Assembly: GCA_964016885.1 (NCBI GenBank)
Contig: OZ024742.1
Span: 59,520,001-59,584,000, forward strand
DNA: 64,000 bases
Source of the DNA: Eledone cirrhosa
Taxonomy: Eukaryota
Direction: 5' to 3'
Below the pieces are notes generated by a model that was not told the origin of the DNA, did not search any database, and saw only the letters and a list, made by a program, of their open reading frames with translations. A program made the position numbers and the translations under genes. Of this stretch, positions 14,245 through 28,040 are shown in pieces. The first letter of the stretch is position 1. Every line of letters begins with the position of its first letter.

Positions 14245-14865
14245 GGTGGCTGCCAACTCGTTTTCGAGTACGGCCACTACTTTATATCCATGTAGGAGAA
14301 CTCATACCGATGCGCTGAACGAGTGTGACTTTTTAGTCCAGCCAGCGACTTGAAAACTCTGGTACAAACACTACTCTTGATACAATTATGGACACATAGT
14401 GCTGGGCCCATGGTACCATGTGATGACAAGTGCGGAGAGATCTCCAGATACAAAGCAATGCCTGCGCCGTGAAGCTTTTATAGTGAGCAAAAGCACTGCA
14501 CAAAGCCAGTCCCACTCTCTTAACCAAGATGATATTTACCAAAAAGAAGAACAAGTCAACATCATTGGATACCATCAGGGTTGCATCTGTAACTTCTCTA
14601 GCGATTTACCATATATGTTTTATTATTGATGTTATAGTTTTGATTATACGTTATTTTTCTATATATGTCTTTCTTCGAGTGAATTATTTTCATATGTACG
14701 TACTCTGATGTGTTGACCAGAGGTAAATAATGTATTGGAGATCGAGTGACGCCACTTCAAGCGATTAGCGAACTCTAGACTCACCTGATCAACGAAACAA
14801 TTGTCAGTACTTTAAATAAAGCCTCTTATTGTACAGCCAACCATGTTACTCTTCATTCTTTAACT
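14245..14865 (+). mobile_element. Decayed PLE 3' end (possible GIY-YIG tail + terminal repeat) between (TA)n tracts
   Basis: QCLRREAFIV...LNQDD resembles the RxxxEAxxI...LNRD end of PLE endonucleases; HHR follows downstream. Confidence 0.55.
14700..14810 (+). ncRNA. Type I hammerhead ribozyme with 82-nt stem-II domain (one core substitution)
   Basis: gtact-CTGATGt-gttgaccag...ctgatcaac-GAAAC-aatt-GTC-agtac. Confidence 0.75.
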
Positions 14866-14889
14866 ATATATACATACATATATACATAT

Positions 14890-15000
<111 letters not shown>

Positions 15001-15037
15001 ATATGTATATATGTATATATGTATGTATATATATATG

Positions 15038-15190
15038 TCAGGTCGCTCCTGAGTGTTACTGGTAACATGTGACCCAGTACAACTGTCTCATTGTCGGGTC
15101 GTCGGCGTATAAACCGGCAACCTCACCAAGCTTCAAAGCACAGTCTTTGCTTGTTCAGGATCTGTTACAGGTGCGGATGGCTGGCCGTAT
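15038..15190 (+). repeat. Dispersed GC-richer repeat, possibly a LINE (RTE-like) 5' leader
   Basis: Reverse-complement homology to 34500-34640 (GTCAGGT..GAGTG.TACTGGT.ACATGT.ACCCAGTACAAC..AAACCGGCAACC.CACCAAGCTT). Confidence 0.55.
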
Positions 15191-15726
15191 CCTAAAAGTA
15201 CACCATTTTCTGTAATCTGACAAGTGATTGCAATACTCTTAGCAGAGTTTGCAGCCATCATATGTATATATATATATATATATAAAGATTTACATATACA
15301 TAAAGTCATAGATATATATGTTGCAACCGGTCACGTTGTGGCTCAATGAAGAATTAATAAATTAAATAATCAGAGCAATATATCGTAAATCATGTCCTTA
15401 GAATTATTAGATAAAATATATACCATTTCCTCTCCCAATTAGCATAATTAACCATATAAAAAATCAATTAGACCAGGCTATAAGAATAAAGGCTCCTATG
15501 AAGAAATTTCCGACAAATAACCGAAAGCGGCCTCTTTGCGGTGGCCCCAATAGAGTATTAACCAACATTTCAACAGTATGTAGAAACTGACTAAATATAT
15601 CGTCAACCATACACAATTAGGTGTAAATTCAAACTTAGAAGAAATGTGTACATACTGTAATTATATCTCTACCATGGTTTCGTCCGTATTTTTAGACATC
15701 CAATTATCAGGGTATCCAGGGTATCG

Positions 15727-15811
<85 letters not shown>

Positions 15812-16614
15812 TGGGTTTTGAAACTGTTTGTATACATATGCGTGCAGCATGTTTACTGTATTAAATTTAGATAAACAAAATGGTTTGTCTTTGTAATTAT
15901 ATCATCAATGTAATTTATATGAAGGTAACGCTATCTGAAGCAATCATTGAAGCACATCATTTTCTGTTGCTGATAATTATTTAAAATTCCACTGCATATA
16001 TTCTCTTGAAATTCCTACACTACAACTCATAAGTTTTATTGTAAAATCCACCATAACGCAAGTCATACCAACTACATTCATCATCATTCCTCATACAAAG
16101 TCACACCGAGTAATCCAACTAAATACACTCATTTAGAAGCGCCTACACTTAATGTATTCTGTCACGTACATAAATGTTTCCTAGTGAAGGATAACCAAAG
16201 TAAACAGACAATTACAACTAGACACTCAATATTTGACATAAACACGCACGCACACCCAACTCAAACACATAATGCAATCCAGAATAGCTAAAATATCGAA
16301 ATGATTACAACTCGATACATATTAGCCATCGAAAAGATTTGACATAAAAACAAAGAAAAGCACAAAATATTTGCCAGAAAAAACTTAATCACAGAATATT
16401 ATACACAGGACAGTTCACATCCAACGTCAACTCCCACTACTTCCGGTAGTTATAAATAGATACAATAAGATAGGAAAAACTATACACAATCCCCAGCCGA
16501 CCTTAGGTTCCACTCAGTCCCCAAATCATACTGGGTGTATTCCACATATGCAAGGTACATACATTCAAACCAGACTATCATCATAATATGAAGACACTAT
16601 CGTATATTATAGGC

Positions 16615-16740
16615 CCATGCCATTCTGAGTTCGAATCCCGGCGAGGTTAACTTTCATTTCATCCTTACGGGTTTGATAAAATAAAGTACCAGTAATGCAC
16701 TGGGCAATTGCTGGCCTTGTGCCAAAAAGTAGAAACAATT
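16615..16740 (+). mobile_element. SINE family A
   Basis: GAGTTCGAATCCCGGCGAGGTTAACTTT..CATCCTT..GATAAAATAAAGTACCAGT. Confidence 0.75.
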
Positions 16741-17529
16741 ATATAGCGATTGTATCCCAAGGGGGAGGTGGGACAATCAGTCAGACAAAAACATACCTTA
16801 CTAGTATCGTAATTTAATATAATATAACATTGAACTATGAGGGGAATCCGAAGTAGAGAGCAACCGAGCTTAGCTTAACTAACAATGTGTTATTTGTCTT
16901 ATTAGGTCCCTAAATTACACAATTCTATATTTGGAATCATTAACGGTCTACTTATTTAACCACTCAGTCTTAATCTTCAATTCCTAAAATTAACCCTAAC
17001 TCTTACTTATATACATTTCTAACTGGAAATTTTCTCTATATGATATGATCCCGTGTCAGACCATATGTTGTATGCTTTCCGTGAGTGCATAGACCTTACT
17101 TGACCCAGGCGAATTACCATTCTCTGTAACTCGATATTCTCCCTCTTTCTGGTCTGCTGTCTGAAGGCTGCTAGAGTTGAAGGGTAGCATTAATTCGCCA
17201 AGTAAACTATACATCCTCCTATCCGCTAGCAAACTAGCAGGAAATATTTGTTTAAAATAAACTCCCTCAGAGGCGGGCGAACAATGTGGCAGCATGCTAC
17301 TACGTCCGTCTCTGGGTCAAAAGCATAGCACACACTTTTTCCTCTTTGTTTTTCTTTGCTTGTTTCCTTAAAGCTTACCATCATTCTGTTGGTATGCATC
17401 TATTGTGCAATTTACACCTGATCAGGTCAGCGGGTTCTTACGCAACCTGGTCACTGAAATGTGCATAATATTTACAGCAATAAAAAATATTAAGGAAATT
17501 CAACATATCTGGCCTCCTGTCATTTCACT

Positions 17530-17583
<54 letters not shown>

Positions 17584-17662
17584 AGTTATTCCGGGTTCAA
17601 TCGGAGGTAGCCACAGTAAAAGGTACTCAATACATAGCAGATTATAAAAGTTTTAATATAGA

Positions 17663-17760
17663 TGAGATTCTACACGACTAGAACTGTTTCATTCTTGAGA
17701 AATCATCATATTCCTGATGATTTCTCAAGAATGAAACAGTTCTAGTCCTGTAGAATCTCA
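17663..17760. ncRNA. Palindrome of two opposed hammerhead copies
   Basis: 46-bp arms with one mismatch around TATTCC; + strand attc-CTGATGA-tttctcaagaat-GAAAC-ag ttctagtc ct-GTA-gaat; same family as 28785-28835. Confidence 0.8.
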
Positions 17761-17835
<75 letters not shown>

Positions 17836-17837
<2 letters not shown>

Positions 17838-18206
17838 GAAGAGAGATGAAACATTAGATATAATTAAAAAGATATACCATACCCAAATTCCCTTATTACT
17901 CCTCGACTACGTAGTTTCGTGGCATATTATGCAAAAACATGGTTGTAAGAGGCTTAGCTCTGTTTCTTGACCATTGTATCACGTGATTGACTCCCTTCGG
18001 GAATCTATCTCGCGTCCTACGGATGTGTTTTGAAACTCTTAATAAGGTATCCTCTTGATAAGTCGGCAGACCTCACAAAAATTCTATATCTCTGTGATGT
18101 AGTGTTTTTGCATAATATACCACGAAACTACGTAGTCGAGGAGTAAAGAAGGAATTTGGGTATGGTATATCTTATTAATTATATCTAATGTTTCTTCTCT
18201 CTTTAT
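17836..18206. repeat. Inverted repeat (~100-bp arms) containing HHR 3' halves
   Basis: 17836-17939 is the reverse complement of 18103-18206; arms carry GAAAC-TACGTA-GTC. Confidence 0.8.
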
Positions 18207-18373
18207 AATGTATTATATAGCTCTGATACTGAATCAATCTAATCCATTCGGATTATTTTGTCCCAGTTATTCATAGAGCAGCACCGGTTGAGGTTGGCAC
18301 CACTAATTCAAGGATATATGTGGATATATTCATGTATATGTATGTGTCCGCATGTATCTGTATGTTTCTGTAT

Positions 18374-18411
<38 letters not shown>

Positions 18412-18975
18412 CTCTACGGTTCTTATATATTTGATATATATTTATCCTTATCGAGCCCTATTTGGATTTTAGTCTTCAAATTTATTATTATTACTATATA
18501 TATATATATATACTGTTATACTTTGGGAGCGTCACGCTGCCAATAACAACGCACGCACCTGTTGGTTTTCACTTCAATTTATTATAAATTCCTGGATGGT
18601 TGGTTCGATAACCGTATGGTTGTTTATATATTGTCAAAGATCTTTCGTCACACATTCTGTGACCTTCTTAGTGACTAGGTTTTTATTTTGTGTCTCTCCT
18701 TTGTTCTGTCCATCTTGTTTTTGTGAGCTAACCTCGACAGGATTTGAACTCAGCACGTAAAGGGTCATAACTCTATGCTGCAAAGCATCATGTCTGAGGC
18801 TCAGCCGATACTGCCAATCCACTAAATGAAATAACGTTCAGATATTTTCTTTGCTGAAATCCATTAACCAGTTTTTACCTGAGAACTGCTTTTACTTTAT
18901 CTTTTGCTGAACACTAACACGTCGTTTTCGACAGGAGACTCCATCATATGTAGGTTTATGTATATATATATATAT

Positions 18976-20774
18976 AAGAGAGTATTGAAGTTTGCTTGAA
19001 GCATTGTGGAACAATAAGTAAATATCTTTAAGTCGTTTGGAAGCCTCGACAATGCAAATGGGTAAATCTCCGGGTAACAAGGTCCGGTGGTGGAGAGAGA
19101 GATGTAAATGGGTGTACGTTGAGATGCGTGGTGTGTATAAGATGTGTGAGATGTGTAGAATGAAGGGAAGAGTATAAAGGATAAAATTAAAATAACAACA
19201 CAAGAGAGAGTTACCTTGGGAGAGATTTAATAGTCCCTATATATATTTCGGATTCACATCCATCAACTGGGGTTTTTTTCCGGGGTGGGGGGAAAAGGTT
19301 GTCTGTCGGACAAGTCCGGAACGCGTCCTTCGCTGTTTGTTGTTTTGAATATCTGAGGTATTCGGCAGAGCGCGCGTGCGCGTGAAATGGGGTCGGTCGT
19401 ACAGAGGTCAGCGGCCGAATGAGGGAGTGGGATGGCGCTAGCTGTCAGTCCATTCTCTGCCTGTTTGTTAAATGTTACTGTGTGTGTGTGTGTGCGTGTG
19501 TTGTCTCGCTTGAGTGTGTGTGTGTGTGTGTGTGCGTGTGTTGTTGCCTTGTTCCTCTGTATTGGCAGTGTAGTATGTTCGTATGGTGGAATGCTACTGT
19601 GTGTGCGTGCGTGTGTGTGTGTAGTTGTCTCGTTTGCGTATGTGTGTGTGTGCGTGTGTTGTGTGTTGTTGCATCGCTTGTTAACTTAAACCAGCCATTT
19701 CATTTCGCTTCTCTCTGATCGGTTGTTTATTTGCGGTTGCAGTCGTTTGATAAAAAGCGCTTCCTTGAAACGTAACGTGCCGACGTTTCTTTCAGTCGCT
19801 AGAATTGTGACAATGGGCCTTCCGTCTTTGTTTCCGCATTTGTCTATGTGTTTCCGGAAAGACGAGGCCCTGGTTTTAATGTGTTCCTTGATCCGGATGT
19901 GCAAAGGTTGAATTGTGCTACCTATGTAGTATTGGTTGCACCTGTCACATTCTATCTTATACACGACGTATGTGCGTAGGCAACAGTTAGCATGGCGTAT
20001 CGGGCAGTCTCTGAGGGAGCATGCGTCAGTAGATTTTTCGGGTTTCCTGGAGAGGCATCTTCGTAGGGAGGGGCCCGAGTGGGCCAGGTGGATGTCGAGG
20101 CCCTCCCTCCGTATAGCCTTGCGGATAGCGTTGGTGGTTTTCTCGCCCAGGTGTGGCATTTTAAGGAAGCACTTGCCTTGGGTGCTTCTCTGTCTCTTGC
20201 GTCTGGTGTCTCCTATTCTGTCTGTGATCGAGGTAGGGTACCCGTTCGTCTCCAGCACCTCGAGGAATCGCTTGGTATGAGTGACAGCACTCGCGGGATC
20301 GCGGCATCTGTTTTTGATTCGCGCGATCTCGTTCGTGAAGTATCCTCTTTTGGCACTGTTAGGGAGGACGGACTTGTAGTGAACGAATAGGTCCCTGCAG
20401 GCTGCCTTTCGGTAGAAGTTGCAGTGGACCCTTCCCTGTTCCGTGATGTTGATTCGGAAGTCGAGGAGGGCAAGTGACCCGTCTTCGTTGGGGTGTTCAA
20501 CACTGAAGTCAATGTTCTCGTCCGTGTTGTTGAACGTCTCATAGATTCTGTTCGCCGTGTCTTGGGAAGATGTGAGGATGAGGATATCGTCCACGTACCT
20601 TGAGAAAAAGGCTACGGCGTTGGGGTGGCAGGCGTTGAGTGCCTTGCGTTCGAGGTTGTCCATGTAAGAGATCGCTAGCACACCTGATACGCTTGATCCC
20701 ATTGGCAATCCCGAGGTTTGTTGGTATATTTGGTCAAGGAATCCGAAATAGGTGTTGTCGACGACGATGGATAG

Positions 20775-20775
<1 letters not shown>
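18976..20775 (-). mobile_element. Penelope-like element 2, 5'-truncated (RT C-half + GIY-YIG ORF 20775->19686, 3'UTR)
   Basis: YQQTSGLPMGSSVSGVLA, RYVDDI, LLDFRI, FYRK, CSLRDCPIRHANCC, VVYKIECDRCNQYYIGST, RIKEH, KEALFIKRLQPQIN; ends at (TA)n. The N-terminal third of the called ORF is microsatellite. Confidence 0.92.
19235..19271 (-). ncRNA. Decayed minimal hammerhead in PLE-2 3' region
   Basis: Minus strand: ccc-CaGtTGA-t-ggat gtga atcc-GAAA-tatat-ATA-ggg; stems intact, two core substitutions. Confidence 0.5.
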
Positions 20776-21204
<429 letters not shown>

Positions 21205-21333
21205 TGTAAAAACATATAATACGTATGACTATAGGTGAATGTGCGTATGTATATATATATGTACATGTACGTATATATCTATATCTATGTATGTATATGT
21301 ATAAGTGTACATGAACATGTTTATATATGTGTG

Positions 21334-21396
<63 letters not shown>

Positions 21397-22272
21397 GTGT
21401 GTGTGTCTACAGATAATCTCTAAAAGAACTAGACAACTAATCAAGTTATATCTATGATATTTGAGATGGAACTATATACCGGTATGGTTGTAACCTGCAC
21501 ATCTGCTATGGTCGAGCTGTTTGCAAACACCACCAATACTACTACTATTACTAATTCTACTACATTTTTCATCACCAATCGTGATCTTTTTCTTCTTTCT
21601 CATCATCGCATTCTCCGTTATCGTCTCCATCGTCATCTCCATCGACGTTTCATTCGTCATCGTCTCCTGCGCTGTCGTCTTTTTCTTCGTTTTTTTTTCC
21701 TTCTTACTCTTCTTCTTTATTTCTATCATGGCCGTCTGTTTTACCTCATAATACTATTTTCATTATTATTGTCTGTTACCATTAATTTCTAATTCATCTC
21801 ATCCTTACGAAATTCATAAACTAAGTACCAGTAACGCTCTGGTATAGATTTAATTGCATTCCTCCTTCCCTTCAAATTGCTGGCCTTGTGCTAAAAGTTT
21901 AAAAAAATTGTTATTATTACTACTTTGATTCTGACTTTTCTCTTTTCTTCTATTCCTTTCCCTCTCATTGCTATAATCACGCTTAAAGGAAATATTTCTC
22001 CAAATTTAATCGACAAATAACAGAAAAATAACACCCAGACAAACACATATAGATTTCACTATTATTGAATTAAAAACTTTGGAAATGCTCAACTTGCTAT
22101 GTACATTTAATTTAGATTAGATCTTTCGAAGGCGTATAAAGTTCCATTGCATGCATCGCCTGCTTAGTGCGCACAAGCAGAACTGACTAACTCTAAACAC
22201 TAACAAAAGAAATATATGATGTACTCCTCCAAGTTTCTCTGCTGATTATATATAGTTATATTCTCATATCAG

Positions 22273-22600
22273 TGAAAGCGCGTGGTTTAGACGTTGAGGC
22301 GTTTGGTTTATTATTGTAAGATTGTAAATTCAATATCCGTTGGCGCACTGTGTCCGTGAACAAGATTCTATATTTCTCGTTACTCAAATCTACTCAGTTC
22401 GGAGAAAATGAGTTGTACCTGTAATTTAAAGCGCTAGGTTTATCATACTGTATTATGCTGAATCTTCCAGCAAATTGCGTTATATGCACAGGTGTCTGTG
22501 GGATTATCAGCCACTTGCATGGTCATTTCACGAGCTTAATTGTTGCTCCAACAACTGGAAAACTTGTCGCTGGAACTGACGAAGAGCTATTTGGCTGCTG
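22273..22600 (+). mobile_element. Diverged SINE family B
   Basis: GCGCGTGGTTTAG head, TGTGTCCGTGAACAAGATTCTATATTTCTCGTTACTC core. Confidence 0.6.
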
Positions 22601-23420
22601 GTTCCAGCAGATCAAGAATATGTGCAGAGTTCACTTTAAATAGCACCTTGTGATGCTATTGAAAGTTATGATGAATTTGTAAGTTATTAGAAGGCTATGA
22701 TAATGCAATACGGGCGGTAAATTTTGAAAAGATTGAAAGCAACGAAGATATTTGATTGCTTCCTGTTATTTTATTTATCTGTCCTAATATTTCGGAATTA
22801 AATCCTTTCACCAGAAGATTACAATGAGAAACTGATTCGGGGCTCTGTGCTTTTTCGTTATAGATTCACCATCCTACTTTATTTGGTTCTTCTTTTCAGG
22901 TTATAGCTACTGTCACTCAGAGAGTGGGATTGGCTCAGTGCACAGTCTTTCCTCAGTTTTAAAAAATCTTCACGCAGAGGCATTGCACGATAGCATTAAT
23001 TGATAATTATTAATAATGTTATATCGTGCAATGGCCATACTCGATAACGAGGGGGCAGCCATCACACACACACACATATATATATATATGTAAACGCCAG
23101 TAACCATCTGTACGAGGCAGAATTGTTACTGTAGTGACCTTGCCTATGTGTATGCGTTTTGCAAACACAGACGAGTTAGGGAAGAAAACTCTGAAAAGCC
23201 TGTTCGCTTGCTTGTTGTGTCTTGGACTGCTTCAGCTTCGCATATAAAAAGAAGTTAGTGGCCCTGAAATATCATGCTAAAATACACTAAGTAAATCATT
23301 ACTTTGTTTTGTTTTGTTTCACTTGCTATCATTTGCCCCTCGTAATTTTGTACCGATTTAAAAAAAAATAATTATCGGTCTTTTACTACATATCTCACAA
23401 TGCTTTGTATTAACTACACT

Positions 23421-23496
<76 letters not shown>

Positions 23497-23502
23497 TCTC
23501 TT

Positions 23503-23573
<71 letters not shown>

Positions 23574-24895
23574 AAGTATAAAGAGTGGTTTGTTAAAAGA
23601 CGGTAAAATTGGCTATGGATAAACATATTTATTTAAATATATTTTTGCGTTTATATTTTTGCGTTCAAGGTGACGCGCAAAGAAAGCCGTTATACGGCGC
23701 TGAGTTGGAAATGTCTGTCATGGCGTGTTAATGTAAAGTAAGGTAATTGTTTCCTTTGAGCCATCAATCCATTTCATCCTATGTCACATTCTAACATTTT
23801 GGCCAGGAATAGTTGCTGTTCGATTGTCAATCTTGTAAATTTTTCGAACCATGGTACAATCTGTTATTGTATTTTACGACACATTGATCCCCGCCCACCA
23901 CGATTTCCTTAATCTTGGCTTCTCTGATCCGATCTCGTTTGATCCCGTTAACAGCGCTTCTCAGGTTTAGTCAGGGTGCGTGTTTTCCATAGGTAAGTGA
24001 GTGTTTGTGGAATGCAAAATTCAGATGTTCATATATTTACAAAGTAAATTAAATATAATTTTACATTTATATCTTCGTTAACAAATTAAAATTTGACAGT
24101 TTCCAAAAGTGTATAGACATTAATTATGTATCTCATTGTTGACTTGATTAAACAACTAGGTGATCAGGTGTATTCTATTTAAACCATTGTTATTTTTAAT
24201 TCGGTTTTAAATAATGAAATTATCAAATACAGGAAAAGATATATATATATTTTATTTTCAGTGTGTAAATATTTAAATATCCTCCAATGAAGTAAATTAT
24301 TGTTGAAACTAAAATTCAAGACTTTGAATCTAAATTCGTGTATATAGATAGAATTAAAACTGTGAGAGATCTTTAAGTGTATTCACAAACAGTATCCCTA
24401 TTAAACATCTACATTCATTCAGACTGACATATGTAAATAGAATACTTTCTTTTATATAATTTTATCTTTGTGTCGCCGTTATAAATGCTGATATTTGGTC
24501 TAGAGTTCTGTGCTGAAAACCTGCTAATGACCACTTTGCCTCATATTAGTTCGTAGTCGATAAATAAATTATCAGTCTAATACTACAGCAGTCTTCATTC
24601 CTTCCTGTATGCTTCGCTGGATCAGGGGTGAAAGCGTCGGGCAGATGTCTGTGTTGCTTACGACTGTATGCACACTGCGAGTAAAGACCGTAGTTTTAGG
24701 AGATTCCTTAAATATTTAAAACAACATATATTTATGATATTACAGCTAATGCATAGGTGGTGAATTGGCAGTAATTAGACCGTCGGATAGAATGGAATGC
24801 TTCGCGGTATTTGTTCCGTATTTTTTTCTTTTGATTCATTCCACGCTATAACTGATCGTTGTCGAAAATGAATAGAAAATAAAAAGTAGATAGAT

Positions 24896-24943
<48 letters not shown>

Positions 24944-25049
24944 GGGAATGACTATCATGAAATTTATTCGATTTTATTTAACTTTGTTTTATTAATCTCA
25001 TCTTAGTGATCCTGAACTATAAATGATATATATTTAACATCTCACTGTT

Positions 25050-25200
25050 TAAGGGTTAGTCTGCCTTGTGGTCCCAGCGGACAGGATGCAAAAGGCGTTA
25101 CCCTGAAGAATGGCGAGGGTGACGCGCTGGAGCAGGCAAACTAAGTAGTGAGTAGGGATGTGCAGCGTCGAAACCTTCGACAGTTTGTCCTCTTCAGCCG
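25050..25200 (-). mobile_element. 3' fragment of RLE-type (CRE/NeSL-like) non-LTR element
   Basis: AEEDKLSK...LLQRVTLAILQGNAFCILSAG; related to 27828-28040. Confidence 0.6.
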
Positions 25201-25509
25201 GACAAGCAAGGAAGTTTCGGCCAGTCACCGAATGCACCAGATTGCCGCAAAATGTGACGAATGCCATATCGTCTGGACATTTCCCACCTCCTAGTGCCAG
25301 GCTGGCTAGATCGAGCTTGAAAAAGAAATCTGTGACTTCCAGGCCATGCTTTACGATGCCGTTGTGAGCAGCATGACGTTTAAATATTTGTGGATTGGCA
25401 GATTCTGTAGAACATCATCAAAAAGCCTTTCTACTTTCTGAGTCCAAATCCCGCCGAATTCAACTTCCTTCAAGGGTGTCCCTATCAAGCTCCCCTTGGT
25501 TGTGAAATA

Positions 25510-25591
<82 letters not shown>

Positions 25592-25735
25592 AAGACCTCC
25601 CTTTACTCTTTTGGGGACAGCGAGTAATTTTTCTTTGGCTGGATTCTAATCTACCAGTCTCTTCTTAACGCTGAGGGAGACCATCACCATTTTATTAATG
25701 TCAATATAATTCTTATATCGATATTAATTTGGGCA

Positions 25736-25859
25736 TCCACTGATGAGTTTATAAGAGCCCGCTTGTGTATAAAACTACGGATTATATACAAGTTTCTACA
25801 TAATCTGGAAATTATTTATCCCAAATTGTAGACAGCCTATAACGAAACGGCCGTCTGGA
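25736..25859 (+). ncRNA. Type I hammerhead ribozyme with 97-nt stem-II domain
   Basis: tcca-CTGATGA-gtttata...tataac-GAAAC-ggcc-GTC-tgga; intact core; within module ~25600-26042 ending in (TA)n. Confidence 0.82.
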
Positions 25860-26037
25860 AGGAAAGAGATATTTATTTAATAATGTCTCATATAAAATAA
25901 TACGACCAACTATCCACGAAATACTGATTAGTTAGCACCCCAAACACTGAATTGGAATAATACTTAAGTATATCCTAATGTTTGTTGAGTGAGATGGAGT
26001 TGGTCGGAGTATCGCTTAAGGCTTTCTCTGTTTATGT

Positions 26038-26075
<38 letters not shown>

Positions 26076-26147
26076 CAGGAACAAAAAACAGAGAGGCAGT
26101 ACAAATGGTGGTTTATTAGGTTCACGCTTTTGAGAGTGGGAGCAGAG

Positions 26148-26180
26148 GACGACGTTTCGGGCATAATCCCTTCATCAGTA
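26148..26180 (-). ncRNA. Minimal PLE-type hammerhead
   Basis: Minus strand: CTGATGA-agggattatgccc-GAAAC-GTC; stem I weak. The module end 26077-26140 recurs at 40603-40665. Confidence 0.65.
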
Positions 26181-26977
26181 GAAAAGTGGGTAGGAAAAAA
26201 TTCCGAGGGTGTGTGGGAGAGTAGTGGAAAGACGTTTAAAAAAAGGAGGAAAAAACGATTTTTTAGGAGTACAAATAAAAATAAGAATAAACATAAAAAT
26301 AAACAAGTGGTAGAAGGGTGTGAGGCATGTTGGGGTGATGGCGGGTGGTGGTGGAGGGGGGAGAGGGAGGGGCTACGAGCGGGGGAGGTCTGAAGGTGGT
26401 GTTTGTGTATGTGTGTAGGTGTACGTGTGGTTGTGTGTGTGTGTCTGTATGTGAATGTGAGAGTTGGGGGAAGAACGAGGTTCCATGTTCAGGAAAAGAG
26501 GAACCTGTGTGTACATGGGGTGGGGTGTAAGTTGGTGTGTGCGTGCGTGTGGATGGAGAGGGGTTAGCGGTGGGGCGTGTGGATTCCGGGGGCTGAGTGT
26601 GTGTATGTGGGGATACGCACGTGTGTGTTTGTGTTTATACGTGGTGTGGGTGTAGATGGCATGGTTCGAAAAAAATGTGAGTGTTTGTTCGTGGGTATGT
26701 TCCTAAAGTAGTTCCGTGGAGTGTGAGATATTTCTCATGTTATAGAGTGGATAGCTGGAATGATGATCGGTGGTGTGAAATCCTGTTGTGATAGTGCGGA
26801 ATTGGAGAGATGTGGGGTGCGCGCGCAACAGGAAGTGGTCACAGGGTCAAGAGATATATATCAAGGCAGGGTGAAGATATATATATATATAAGTGCGGTA
26901 AGGAACCAGGTGGACCATAACACACCAGATTACTCGATACTTAGGGTAGTAGAGTGAGTAATAGGAAAAGAGTCAGG

Positions 26978-27045
26978 ACCCCGACGGCTGAGCTCCGGCC
27001 GTTTCTACAGCTAGGTCTGAACTAACGCAGTAGTGTCAGGACGGT
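26978..27045 (-). ncRNA. Decayed hammerhead with extended stem III
   Basis: Minus strand: CTGAcac-tactgc..gctgta-GAAAC-ggc cggagctca gcc-GTC; module 26891-27000 is homologous to 40840-40952 (+). Confidence 0.5.
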
Positions 27046-27827
27046 AGTAGTCAAGCTAAACTTATCAAGGGGTAATTCCATATATAGGCATGTAATGAGA
27101 GCGTAGAAATGTTCTATCAAAACATTCTTAAAGTTGTTTTTCATTTCTATCACTGGGAGTGTTAAACGTTTTGTAAACGCAGTTACATTCCGTCATAGCG
27201 GCGGGTGGGGGTGGGGGTGGCTGAACTTGACTGTAGAACAAGGGGAGGGAGTAAGATGACAATCTGGCCTGTGGATGCAGGCCAGTCATGCATTAAAAGA
27301 AAATTCTATACAGCTATCTAAAGGGGGTGAAGAACCTATGACAAACAAGGAATATCGTAGAATTAATAGGTCAAGCGTTGACTAGGAAGCAAAGCATATA
27401 GAATTTAATACAAAATTCCAAATTAATAAGGATTTAGCTATTAGTTCGTCCAATACACTGACTCAGCATCTCAAGGTACTAATTTATCAAAATTATCGTC
27501 CGTAGTGATGCACGCCCCCAAAAGAGAAAACACTGGCTATATGTTCGGCCGGTGCTATATATATTTAACTGGAGTGGAAATACTAGGGTTATATATATAC
27601 ACAGTGGCGGACCGGCCAAGAAGCCAGGTTCCACAATGGCAAGTGGGCCCCAGAGGGACAGCGGTTGCATTGCAGGGCCCACTGTAGTATTTTAGGGGTC
27701 AGTGCTTTGCTTTCAAAAAATACCTGAAGTCTAAGAGAAACAATAAACTTAAAAAAAAGAAAATAAAGCAATCAAGCAAAGCATTCGCTCAACCAATTCC
27801 CCAGGGAATTAATAGAAACCAAAATAT

Positions 27828-28040
27828 ATGTTTGTGGTCGTACCGTTGGCAGTGGAGACTTCTGGTGTTCTAGGCCCCAGAGCTACCTCCCTACTCACCA
27901 CCATAGGCGCTGAGCTGGCCAGCCACAGGTGTGAGCCTCGCGAGTTGGAATGGCTTTTCCAGTGCGTCTCTCTTGCCGTCTTCTGGGGAAACGCCTTCTC
28001 CAGTCTGTCCGCCGGGGCTATTAGGAGTCCACCAAAGTGA
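27828..28040 (+). mobile_element. 3' fragment of RLE-type (CRE/NeSL-like) non-LTR element
   Basis: VPLAVETSGVLGPRA...WLFQCVSLAVFWGNA matches the PxAVETxGxxG...FQRxSxAxxRGNA endonuclease tail. Confidence 0.75.

Noticed and set aside
15668-15713. Minus-strand HHR-like motif (CTGATAA...gtc/gac GAAAC catg GTA)
   Set aside because: Core substitution, extra bases before stem II and poor stem I; at most a decayed relic.
21454-21792. ORFs rich in R/H/F or K/E/T
   Set aside because: Degenerate trinucleotide (CAT/CGT/CTT) low-complexity sequence.
22775-22820. Minus-strand HHR-like motif (CTGGTGA..GAAAT)
   Set aside because: Mutated core and no stem III pairing.
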